Below, piece by piece: positions 44,610 to 59,767 of a stretch of DNA of 64,000 nt. The position numbers and the translations under genes are program-made. Location of the stretch: positions 124,001 through 188,000 of the forward strand of contig JAVECO010000005.1 in assembly GCA_051942205.1 (NCBI GenBank), read 5' to 3'. The notes under the pieces were generated by a model that was given only the letters and a program-made list of their open reading frames with translations, ran no database searches and was not told the origin of the DNA. Positions within the stretch are counted from its first letter, which is position 1, and the number at the start of each line of letters is the position of its first letter. This stretch comes from Coniocarpon cinnabarinum (taxonomy: Eukaryota).

Positions 44610-47424
44610 CTACCGCTTTCTGACGCTCATGCGTCGCGGTAGACCAGAGCGCTTCGGCCTTGCCGCCGGCTCCACCACCTCTTCCCCCTTCGCCGCCTCC
44701 TCCGTGGCCTCTGTGGCCGCCACTTCGACGCCGCCGGCCTCATCCATAGTCTCTCTATCCTCTACACGCGCGCGCTTCCTGCCTCTCAAAGAACGAGAGC
44801 TAATCTCACTCTCACCCACGTCCTCCTCCGTCGAAGTCCTCGTCCTCGACTTCACAGGCGTCCCACCCGCTCTGAGCACCTTCTTTTTCGAGGCAGGCGC
44901 GAAATCCACATCCTCAACGCTTGCATCCGCGTTCTCAATGCCCTCGCCCATTTGCATAGGTCGCTGCTTCTCCATGAAGTAGCTCACGAGCTCTTCACGC
45001 CATCTGACTTCCCTCTTTCCATTTGTGTTCTTCTCCTCGGAAATCTCCGCTTCTTCCTCGGCGGCGGGAACGCCGCTCTTCATGCGGTCAAGCATCTTCT
45101 TAACGGGCACGGCACTGCCTCTGTTGAAACGCGTGTTCGTGCGGGTGGAGAGTGCCAGTTGTTGAGCTTCGGTCTTGCGGGCGACGGTGGGAACATGGGG
45201 GGGATGGCGGAGGGAGATGCGCGTTGGTGCCGTGAGCTCGTCCTCATTGTCATCGGAGTTCTTAGTTGTGTGGCGCTTACGACGCTTAGATTGCTTCGGG
45301 GAACCAGCGGCAGGTGGCTCTTCGGGAGGAGCAGGCACCACGGGTGGGTTGAAATCAAGCACGAGGGTTGGACTGCACATGCCGCCGTTAGTCTCTTCGA
45401 TGAGTGGATCCGCAGAGGCCTCTGTTTGAGACTTCAACGGTGGAGTGGCGTTGACAGTCACTTCATCAAGTGGCAGTTGATTGGACAAAGCGTTTTTAAT
45501 GGCATCCGAATCACGACGCTGAGCAGCTTGTTCTTGTGAGGCAATCTTCGCCGCTTTGGATGCTTTCGAGCGAGCAAGAAAATCGTGGAGAAGGGTTTCA
45601 TCGTCGTTTAGTGGGAGCTTGCTGGTCTGCGAAGGAGTGAAGACCGCGGCATCAGGTGGAGAGTGAAGCTGTGGCGAGCGTAGCGATGCAGGCGACGTGG
45701 TGTGTTCCAACTCTGTCTTTGGCCCAGGCGATGCTTTCGGCGTCGAAGGCGAAGAAGTATGTGAGTTTACGCTGAGATCTGGGGAAGGCGCTTGGATAAG
45801 TCCCGTATCGTTTTGGACTTGGGAGGGTTTGATAGTCGCCGTGTCGTCGGCAAGCATTGCGTCCAATTCTGTACTGGACAGAGTGGATGAGGTGTCATCC
45901 GAGTCCGCACCGTCATTGACAACCCCAAGCTGGGTCATTTTAGACATGTCTAGAGGAGAGAATTGGTGGTCAGTACTATCTTCGTCGTCTATTGTGGCAT
46001 GATTGCTTGAGGCTGTGTGTAAAGTTGAGGTGTTTTCAAGGTGTACATTTTCAGCAGGGGCTTCGATGACTATCGTCTCATCTTCTACGCCCCTCGGTAA
46101 GTCCTCGTGGTCGCTCTCGTCCGCTAACACCTCATCAGTCCTTCCCACCTCGTACCATGACTCAGAAACAATTCCCTCTAAGATTTCGGGTTTCTGCTTC
46201 GACAGGTTGCCACCAAAGCAGACTTTTCCCCTACTATGAGAGTTCGTCTCTTCATCGTTTGCACCAATGTCAATGAAGCGATGCGCATCGATGTTAGCAT
46301 CGGTAGAGTGACGCTCACTCGATGACAGCTCTACTCGAGGATCCACGGATTCTGGTGTGCCGCTCGAGGCTCCAAAATCTTCAATATTGGAATGGATATC
46401 TGCTTTTGAGAAATCGGTTTGCTGGATCGGCTTTTCTGAGGATCTAAATGACTCACTCAAGGTCACTGATTGTGGATTCTGTTCAAAAGCTGAGTCTTCA
46501 CCTCCAGACGCTGTTTGTTCTGTTGGCTCTGCGGCGAAATTGACGAGTGCTTGAGAATTTGCAGATAACAGCTCAATGTTCATGTCTGGCAAAGACGCCC
46601 GAACAAGGCGCTGCGTCTCATCGCTCAGAGTGTCGCCTTCGTTTTCTGATTCAAGAGGAGTTTCGTGGACAAGCTCTGCTCCATCTCTGATGACTTCTTG
46701 CGTTGATGAGTCCGAGCCTTGGGTTTCGACATTCGGTTCGACGCCTGAAACTACTTCATCCGATTCACCTGGTTGAACATCAATCTCCATATTATTGGTC
46801 GATCGAGGCTTGTCTACTTGTCATTTAGCATTTAAGCACTTTGTCTAAGGCCTTGCCAGGAAACGTACGGGGAAGGCTGCTCCTTCTTCGTTCGCGACCA
46901 ACAACATGTTGCTTGACCTTCATACCTCTTTCTCCATCTTCATGTATATGCGGTGTATTACTGTCCAACCTCACTTTTTTCAGGATCTTCTTCGGCGTGT
47001 CTGGCCCACATGTCTGCGCATTATTTTCAAGCTCCTTAGCTCGTGCACGCGTATTCTGGCTCGGCTGCTCGCCGTTCTGACCTTGCTGTATGGCTAACGG
47101 TCTCTTCCAGATCTTGCGCGATTTGCCATTCTTTTGCGCCGCACGTGGTTGGCGCTCCCAAGATTTGAGGGGCCTGGCCTGGAGAGGCCTAGGTGTGAGA
47201 CGAATATTTTCGGCCTCCAGACTGGACGGTTTTCCATTAGAAGGCCCGACTCTAGATGGGTTTGGGGAAGGTAACGTTGGTGTCTCCGGCGCAATTGGCA
47301 GTTGCGCCTGTGCACGTTGCGCCTCCCGTAAGAGCACCTGCTTCAGAGGGGATGTGTTCTTCTTGGGTGAGCGCGACTGCCTTCGCAACGTGCTTCTCTG
47401 GGGAGAGAATGTGTGCGGATCCAT
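44610..47424 (-). CDS. Large, largely disordered uncharacterised protein (~920 aa); exons 47424-46869 and 46813-44610
   Basis: The intron GTACGT...CTAAAT...TAG joins the two ORFs in frame. Basic SP/TP-rich N-terminus and acidic middle. Conserved-looking islands DDETLLHDFLARSKASK, LALSTRTNTRFNRG and KREVRWREELV. Confidence 0.75.
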
Positions 47425-47653
47425 TTTGAGCCCTCGCGACAATACACAGGCCGATGATTCTCGGACTTTGAGGTCACAGTAGTCATCGATCGCGTCAATG
47501 GTCGAGTAAACAAACAATTATCACTAGGACGATAGAATGCCAAGTATCGCTACCTTCTATATTAGTACAAGCAAATGTGAGGGCATTCGCCACATAAGAT
47601 TCTGTGCATTGCAAGTCTGCATTGCGCAGAGCGTCCCACTGCCAAAGTTCAAG

Positions 47654-48089
47654 ATGCCGCCTAGGCCCTCGAACGTACCAAAGCCTGCGGTGGCGCCCCG
47701 CTTGCCCCCATTACCAAAGTTACGAGTCCGGCGACCTAACCAGCTCGACGCCAATCCGTGCATGGGCATCATGAGTAGCGTTCTGGGTAAGTCGACTAAG
47801 ATGCAGAGGTCATTTCCTCTGCCCAGACTTGTTGTATGATGAATACTGACTCATATGCACCCAAGGCTGCTGGGCATCCAATGGGCAGGCGCATGAAGGA
47901 TGTGCGATCCTGGAGCAGCAACTGAGAGCGTGCATGGATGTGCCTGTACGAGCCTCCTTTACCGTCCTGCAAATCTAACAGTGTGGCTGACTAAGGGCAC
48001 AGCGATCGACAAAGGGGCAGAAGAGCAATATAAACCATACATTAGGACGAATGTATCCAATGTTCAAAGGCCCAACAAAGAAGAAATAA
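47654..48089 (+). CDS. MRP10: Mitochondrial small-subunit ribosomal protein Mrp10/mS37 (twin CX9C); exons 47654-47786, 47866-47945, 48003-48089
   Basis: RLPPLPKLRVRRPN...NPCMGIMSSVLGCWAS...GCAILEQQLRACMD...KSNINHTLGRMYP, assembled across two canonical introns. Confidence 0.92.
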
Positions 48090-48397
48090 CGATCCTTACG
48101 GAGAGAATTCTACCAAGAAGTGTGCTACGTGAACACAAAGGACACCACAATTCGAAGCGGCATTTGAAGAAGACGACTGTTGAGGACGCAGAGAATCGAA
48201 TGTGTGAATAATTCACAGAACAGGAATTTGTATAATACGATTGGTCAATTACTTTTCAAAACACTGTTTTACAGCAAGCAAAAGGTCCGATCCCGCTTCC
48301 AGAATGCCGTCATACAAGTCTCTACTTCAATCCAATACAATGACGCCATGGTGGGTATCCGGAGCAGCATGGGAAACCAAGATGGGAGTCAAAATCA

Positions 48398-51705
<3,308 letters not shown>

Positions 51706-54700
51706 TTAGATATTGCTGAGGCTAATGTCGTGCGCAAAAGTGCACAAGTCAGAGCTCACCTGCTGCCGAGATGACAGCAGAGAGAGCATGAGCATTGGTA
51801 GCTAGAGGGGAGCGCGCCTCAGTAGCAGAGTGAAGTTGTTCGCAAGGCAAAAGGACGTCCGGAATATCAGACAATATTGGACCACCAGATTCCACTATAA
51901 TGATGTGACAATGGGTCTTTTGGTCTTCTGTGTTGGAGCAAGAGTAGTTCTACGTCAACTACACTTTGTCGCGTCGGGATGTGAGTCAACCGTCTTTTCG
52001 CGTTTTGACGCGGCCTTGGCCGCTAAGATCTTCGTATGTTGTGGAGACGACTACAAGTTGATCAAATTGGCCTTCTAGACGCGTTGTGAGAACAAGAAGA
52101 ATGTGAACGAGTACTGCAACCGACTGCACGCAGGCCAGTAATGGTAGTTGGCACGTTCGAGCTTCTCGAGCCAATTTAGGAAGTTGGTGATGCCTGAACT
52201 GCTCTAGGTCTCTGTATGTCAGTATCCAAACGTAGCGGAAACCTGAGCTCATCCAAGGCGGTACTTCGCACGCTGCGCCAGCGACCGAAGCTCACACGTG
52301 AGAGAAAATTGAGAGCATATCTGAGTTTCGAAATGCCGGTCCCATTTGAAGCGCTGCTACCCTGTGGGGTGATGTTCATTGTATGATTGAACTGACAATC
52401 CTCACGAACGTGCACCCTAAACTCGTCATAGATGTTTGGCATTTCTGCTGGTGGTCTCGGATACATTCGCACAGCCAACAATGGCAACAAGCGGCAACGA
52501 TATGCGATCAGCAGATGGGATGAAGTAAGTTTGTCAACAGTCGGCAGTGACCTATTTACTGACATAAATGTCAGGAGAGTATGAGGACGCCCTATTCTCC
52601 ACAATTTGGCGCTAATCGTTACAGTGATGCGACGGGATAGAAGATTAACGGGATATCTGCGTGGTCAGACGGATCAAGTGCAAGCGCCACCTGGCTTCGA
52701 GCTCAACAACCCCTGGAGAGTAAGTGCCTGTGAGCGCCCTGTGGCACCTAGACTCCAACTGAACCTAAATAGGTGGAATACTTGACGAGATGAACGACTA
52801 AGTGCTTGCCATCCGGGTAGAGGACATTCAGAAAGATCAAGCTGTTATCATACTACTGCAAAAGAACAAACAACGCCCGCCATCATCCTACGCTGCTCAG
52901 AAGCGGATGAGAGCCTATGAAAGGCTTTGCGACAGGTACTTCCGCATGACCATAGCTTTCCGACATTCTACATTTATCCTCGAGCTGGCCCATTTATTTT
53001 ATGTGGCTAGTATATCTCTGGTTGTGAGCTATTCTATTTCTTGTCGATAAGCTGCTCGATCCATCTCTTATTGACTCTGCCGCGACACGAAGCAGCATTT
53101 GCATTTCGCTCTCGGCAAATTTACATCAGTAAGCGAGTTGAAGCGCACTGAATCATCGCAAGCATCGGATAGCACAGCACTGAGCACTTGCGCGCGCCAG
53201 TAAACTGTGACATAAGAACATATCAACGCTATCAGCTTATTTGTACAGTTGCTACGATGGCATTGACATTGCATTTGTTCGTATGACGCTGTGGCTTGCC
53301 ACCCACCAGTAGCTTTCACTTGTAAAAAAGGTAGGCCCTCGTACGGTGAGGATCAAGTTGAACACATACTGCCCGGGCTCTGGTTTCTAGTCGGCTACGC
53401 AAGTGTCGCTTTCACCGGGTGGGTATGGGCAAGGCGAGGAGAGAGAATTCGGCATCAACGCTAATGCGTTGACTGAGCGCATTCGTGGCTCAACACATGG
53501 GTATTGACTAGAACGATTAGGCCTTACCGCAAATTGGATCGTGAAACTATAAGCACGGAAGACGTCTCGCTACGTCGATGTAGTTGCAAAGTCCGAAGAC
53601 TCTGTGCGGTAGGCACGGAAGCCGTGGAAGTATCTCGCCGATGGACCGAGGCCACCGAGTACAACCCAGTGAAGTTGACCACCGTAAGCGGTCGTTCAAG
53701 GAGCCTGACTGACAGGTGTCAGGCGTTTGCGAACGTTGTGCGGAACTTCATGCTATGCAGATGCAGTGCAAATCTTCGTACCTAAGGCATTCAGGCTGTG
53801 AGATCAACCAACCCGTTGCCATTTTAGGAACTTTCGGTCAGCAGGCAAGTCCACAATCTAGAATCTTGACCTCACTCATATCTTTACGAGTGACAAAGAA
53901 AATACCTACCACCGTGTAAAGCACTTGGTACGTCGTGCTGCTAGCGGCTGGTGAGCGCGCTTCGCTCCCGTGGTAAGACGTGGTGACGCAAGAAGCTTGA
54001 GTAGACAGGTACCTACGCGGAGTTGTGGACACCCTGCAGGGGTCATTCACTCTGCTCGTGTCACACAGGGCTCCTACATATCATGCCCAGATCGTATGGA
54101 AGCACGACAGATCGTTGATCGCTTAGGCTCGCGCCCCCCACAACAAATAAATCTCTTTGTTGGTTTTCGCGACGGGTCTAAGGGGACGCACGTTCTTTCG
54201 ACAGCACCAACGTCGCGCGCCAGAAACGTCATGCAGCGAACCGGGCAAGATGCGCGGGAATGAACCACGGCGACAGGCGACGGTGCGTGGCCGATTCGCC
54301 CACAAGCACTGGAGCTCGAACGCTAACGCACCGCAGTCGGCAGCGTGCATAATATGCATGTCACGGGACTTTGCAGACGTTTGATATTGCCTATACGACC
54401 AACGCTCCTGCATGTTGCGGAAACATCCAGCAGGTCAAGTCGTGGATTCGATAAAGTCACTGTCAGCGGCGGTGGTGGCGGGAATAAAATTTCCTGCGGG
54501 ATTGCATCCCGTCTGGGCCACGCCTGAGAGTTAGTGTGAGCGTCGTCATCAGCTGGGAAATGGTAAAGCCGTTGCTCTCTAGCGCCCTTGCCGGAACGCT
54601 GCACTTCCTGGTCCCGACATGAGCAGGTTGGAGTGGACCGCGGCTTGGGCGTCAAGGCGGCAAATCAGAAATTTCGAGTGCAAGCCGCATCGAGAACGTC

Positions 54701-56471
54701 ATGGCGTGGCGGCGCATTGAAGTCCAGCGCCCGTGCGAGTGTTAAGGATGCAGGCCCTTCATTAAGATCACCCCTCTCGGCACTTGGACGCTAACCGCGG
54801 CATAGTGCAGAGCCTTGTTAGGGAGCAATCCCGTGCGCGGACGGTAGGGAGATTAGCACAGAGCACCAAGGCACTACTGCTGCGTGAAACGATCTAGGGC
54901 GAGATCAGGACTGGTACAGGTCTCACGGTCCACTCTCGGGGCTTTTCCCTCCAGGATCATCCATGGCCCGCGTTGACAATGGCGACCTGGGATGCTCTGC
55001 TACGACCTCGAGGCAAAGTACAAGACATGTAGCGTGCCAGGTCAGCATTGTGAGCGGTTCGCCGCGCCGACAGGGAAGATGCCGATCGCTGGCGTCAGGC
55101 CAAGAGTTACGTACAGACGCACCATCGAAATTGCTCACCACGACCTCTGGCTACGCCCACGCGGACTCGCGACCAAGTAACCGACATCGCCCAAGCGCAT
55201 GAATAAGCGCAAATTTGCCCCCCCTTCTGCGCGCGCCACTCTCGACCACGTTTCGCTTGACACAGATCTGCGACGAGCGCTGCTGCCCAAGAAGTCCCAG
55301 GCACGTCCAGGGTTCGCATTTAGAGTTTCTGGTCAACGCCTCGTGTCGAGTGCTGCCACCAACCAGGCCCCCCTATCTGCCCGTTTGCCGCTTCCGCTCG
55401 TAATCTTCACGCTCACCGGCGATGGTACCTACGAGCATGGCCGGCGGGCGGCGTGCTTCACATGGACACATGGGCTTGGGAAGCACCGGAGTCACAGCCA
55501 GAGACAGCATTCAACCGGCGGCATGGGCTCACGCTGACGTCGCGTGGTCCCTACAGTGGTTCCCGGACCGTAGAGAACATGATGCACTGATCCTCGATTT
55601 CCTCGCTTGGCTGTCTGTAAATAGTGCACCAAAACTTCCTCCTCGCCCAAGCCTTCCCCCCCAGTCTTTCCCGAATCTTCCTGCCCAAAGCTCCTCCAAA
55701 GCCCACCTTTTTCTGCCCTATCAGCTCCACCCCGATTTCATACTGCTGCAGAACCCGACAGGCGGCCCGCTCCTCTCCCTGGTTGATGTGCGGTTGGGCA
55801 ACACCGTCCCTGCGCGTCCTTCTGCTTCCATATTTGTCCCTTCAACATTTCCCTTTTGAGGATTCTGCAGCATTGTGGACGAGCTTCAGTCTCTGTATTA
55901 GTAATAAGCAACAGCGCACAGGGCGGGCGTTGGCAGAGGTCGGGATTCAGGCATCTGCAGGGACGGTCTAGCTTCGAATTTCGCCCTCTCCGGTAGTTCT
56001 GATGGTTCGAGAGGTCTGAGCTGCGGTGGAATTTGTTGTCGAGGCACAAGCCAGCAGAGCCGGTGTCGAGATTGATAGAAGATCACAGTTACCAAGCACG
56101 AGGAGAAAAGTACGGTGAGGTGGCGTTGCTCGCCCACGACTCGAGTCCCAATCTGCAAATTGCTTTTGCGCCGAGCGGTCAACAGGCGAGCAGTCCGGGC
56201 GCCGTCTCACATCCATTCGCGGACAATTGCACGAAGCGCACTGGGAAGAGCAGAGTGCTCAGGCGGGAGGAGGGCAGTTGTGACGCGAGCAAGGTGATGT
56301 GTGAGTGAGATCATTACCGAGCCAGCAGGTGTATGTGTTGGGGAGCAACCCAGGGCAACCAGAACGGCCACTGTTCAGCTTCCAGGCACAGCTTTCGAGG
56401 CACACGACCTCACCTTGGACTTTGGAGATTTGGGGGAAGGTGCGAGAGCCCAACGCTTCTTTTGACACCTG

Positions 56472-56517
56472 CAGTCGCCCAGTCGCCCAGTCGCCCAGCC
56501 AGCCAGCCCGCCAGCAG
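56472..56517 (+). repeat. Short tandem repeat (CAGTCGCC)x3 grading into (CAGC)n
   Basis: Directly visible about 0.4 kb upstream of the velvet gene ATG. Confidence 0.7.
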
Positions 56518-56878
56518 CTTTCGACCTGACCTGCCCTCTGGCCTTGCCTGTCTATTTCTCTGACCGTCCGGAACCCTCCATGTCCGTCACGCTCCTCCCA
56601 TCATCACCTCACATCTCTACTTGCTGTTGACTTTCTCCACGCACGTCGAGCCGCAGCCCTGATTCTGGCGCGTCCTGTTGCCCGGCCCTGTACAGCCAGC
56701 TCCCGATTATTGTTTACGCTCGAGGCGGTGAAGACAACGCAGAGACCAAACACCTGACCCGGGTTCCTCGAGCAACGTCGCCCGTGGTTTCCGGTGCTCG
56801 GTGTTGTGCGCCTTCGCATTCCCAGACGGGCCGCACTCGAATTGTTGACGGGCATCACGCCTGCCGTGCTAAGTTCTC

Positions 56879-58791
56879 ATGAATACCGGTCAAGGACTCG
56901 TTTATCCTCCCGAAATGTCCGGCTACTACCCAGCTTATCAACCTCGTCCGCCCGCCCACCAGCCCGTGTACACTCAGCCGCAATAGTGAGTGTGACATGT
57001 TCTGCATCCAGACCAAACACGCTGCTAATCACCAACTACGCTCAGTCTTCCTGCCGAGCCCGCTCGGCCATCACCGGCGACGTACAGTCTGTGCATTGAT
57101 CAGGGCCCGGAGCGTGCCAAGCTCGTGGCCAAAGACAAGGCCAAAGGTGAGCCTCTCCTGAATTGCCTCTCGATGGACCCCCACACCGCACATTGACTCC
57201 GCAGAGAGCACGAGCAGCCTTCTCTCGAGCCGAGTTTGCATGTGTCTGCAGGTGGCTGCGAGGGGAGCTGGGAAGGGAGGGAGCGGTGTGGACTCCGAGT
57301 GGATGTGCAAGCGTGGGTAAGCCCGTTCGCTAACCAGGAGCGCAGACCGCAAGCCCATCGATCCGCCACCAATCGTGCGTTGCGTCCATTCTGACTCGTC
57401 AGTCCTTTCCTTCCTTCAATCTCCTCCTCCTTTGAGTTCACCCTTCCTTATTCACACATTGCCTCTAGGTCTACCGCTTACAATCCTTACTTGTTTTGCT
57501 CCGCTACGCTCTTCGACGCCGAAAAAGACGAGCCCAAGCATGCAGAGGGATCCTCTCCTCTTCTCGTCGGATCGACGGTCTCCTCTGCCCACCGATTGAA
57601 GAGTCTCAACAATGATGAGGGTACATTCTTTGTCTTTGGCGATATTGGTAAGTCACCATTGCCTTGCTCTGACCTCGACATTCTGCACGACCGGTTGTGG
57701 ACAGTGCAAGCATCTTGACGGTGTTTGCGGCTGATGACGTGTTGACAACCGTCGATTTGAGTTCTGCAAGTCGAAAGCTTTGCCCGTCCTCACCCAGGCT
57801 CTCCCCCTTTTCTTAACCGAATGATTTGAATTGCGTGCTAACATTTCAAACTACAGCGCCCTGCTGTCAAGGACCCGTCAGGCTTCATTTTGTGCTGTAC
57901 GAATTCAAAGATGGCGAAACCCGAGCACTTGCAAACGTGACGTCCGAACCCTTTGACGTCTCCAATGCGAAGGAATGGGACGGTGTGAAAGAGTCAACGG
58001 TGCTCTCTCGAACTTTTGCCGATCAAGGTGTGAAATTGAGGCTTAAGAAGGAATCTCGTAACGGGTATGATTGCCTTTTCATTATTGGGGTTCAAGTTTA
58101 AACCACTGACAGCGGGCACAATCATAGTCGAAGGACGATCCCTCCCAGCCAATACCAAGTTCAATCAACTTCGCAAGCGCAACTGTTGCCCCAGTTGCAA
58201 CCTCAGCCACAATTCCACAGTCACCCACATCACGGCTACCCACCCCAGCATTACCCACAGTCCACCGCGTCTTGGGACGACGACGAAGACGAAACCGCAA
58301 GTCGAGGGAGCAAGCGCCAACGACTGTCTTATGCAAGTGGTGCTTCGTACGGTGGCTATGCGTCTTCATCGCAAACGCCTTTGCCACCGTCGCATTCGAC
58401 GTATCCGCCACAAGATCCCCACTACGGATACGGTTTCCAGTATTCACAACGTTCTTCTCAAGCTCCGCCACAAACACCTCCACAGCCTTATTCACAGTCG
58501 CCGGGCCAACACTATTCCCCGCAGCAATTCTCACAGTACCGGCGACAATCCTACTATGCCACGCCGCAGCAACAGCCGCAGTCAGCCCAGAATTACGGAA
58601 GCTATGCGATACAAGCCCCTTCTGCTTATTCCGCGCCGACGTACGCACCCGTCGGCAATCCGCAACAGTCGTTCGAGGGCCAAGATCAGCCGCCGTCTTA
58701 TCCCCCATCGCAGCCTCAGCTCACCTTGCCTCCCATGAGGCAAGCTCCACCCCCACATTTCGACTACCAACCACCAAACAGCTCTTCCTAA
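56879..58791 (+). CDS. Velvet-domain transcription regulator, VosA-like; exons 56879-56985, 57046-57146, 57346-57397, 57469-57647, 57857-58064, 58128-58791
   Basis: The spliced protein has velvet motifs GPERAK...DRKPIDPPPIV, NPYLFCSATL, LVGSTVSSAHRLK..GTFFVFGDI, RLHFVLYE, SEPFDV and ESTVLSRTFADQGVKLRLKKE. A P/Q/Y/S-rich tail follows. All five introns preserve the frame. Confidence 0.88.
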
Positions 58792-59569
58792 GGAGGTGGA
58801 GGTGGGTGGGGACGAGGCTTGCTGATGCTTGGCTCCCGACTGAAGCTTGCTTGCAAAGCGGCTGGCGATGTGAAGAAAAGCGGTACTCCAAGATTACCAG
58901 CCGTGTCTCGTCTTGGCAAATTGAAAGAGCTGACGAGGCTATGTGTAACGTGTGGAGAGAAAAAACTCGAAAGGAAAAGGCTCCGGGGCAGGGGCCCATC
59001 AGTAAATACAAGCAGATGACTGTTCTAAGCACCAAGAATACACTCTGTGATCACACGTCCCCACAAATCTCGATACACCTCATTAGGGCGTGGAAGCGGA
59101 TAGACTAGCAAGTTCAATGGCTTTACAAGCATCCAACAAGGATTCGCCCCGACAACTGTGTCTTGCACCAGCCACGACCAATGATAGCAATCCAATGGCT
59201 CATCACTTGACGTTCACCTCATTTAAAGCACACCCAGCAATTACCCGTTCATCACCGACCCAGCACACCTGAATTACCAGCACTCTGTCATATTACGTTT
59301 GGGAGGCTTTTTGAATTTTGATTCGTTGCACTGACGTTTTCTGTTACTTCTGCGAGAGCAAGGCGAGCGCCAGTTCCCCTCGAGGTACCTCCGCTCGCCT
59401 TGCCTTGCCTCGTCTCGTCCCGCGTTCTCTGTACCCCTTCCGCCAAAAGTGTATTCCCGAGGCTTTTCGCTAAGCCTTGCTGTACCATACGTTTGGGAGG
59501 CCATCTGACACGTGCGTTTTTTTTCTCTTTGTTTCTGGAAGGAAGGGTCATGGGAGGGTGGGTCATCGG

Positions 59570-59767
59570 AGGATGGGTATCACTGTCGTTTCTGGAATGA
59601 GGCGAGGAGTCATGTTCACCGGATGTTCAGGCTACGACGGAGACTCTAGAGCCGGGGGAAATGGTGGTCGCTTCGGGAACGAGGCGCGGACATATGGTCA
59701 CCGATGGTCAAGCTACTGCATGGATCAGTGTCGTTGCTAGCACGAGGCGAGGAGTCATGTTCACCGG
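59570..59767 (+). repeat. Degenerate three-unit direct repeat with a 24-bp identical core
   Basis: GAGGCGAGGAGTCATGTTCACCGG is identical at 59599-59622 and 59744-59767. A diverged copy GAGGCGCGGACATATGGTCACCG starts at 59681. Confidence 0.75.
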
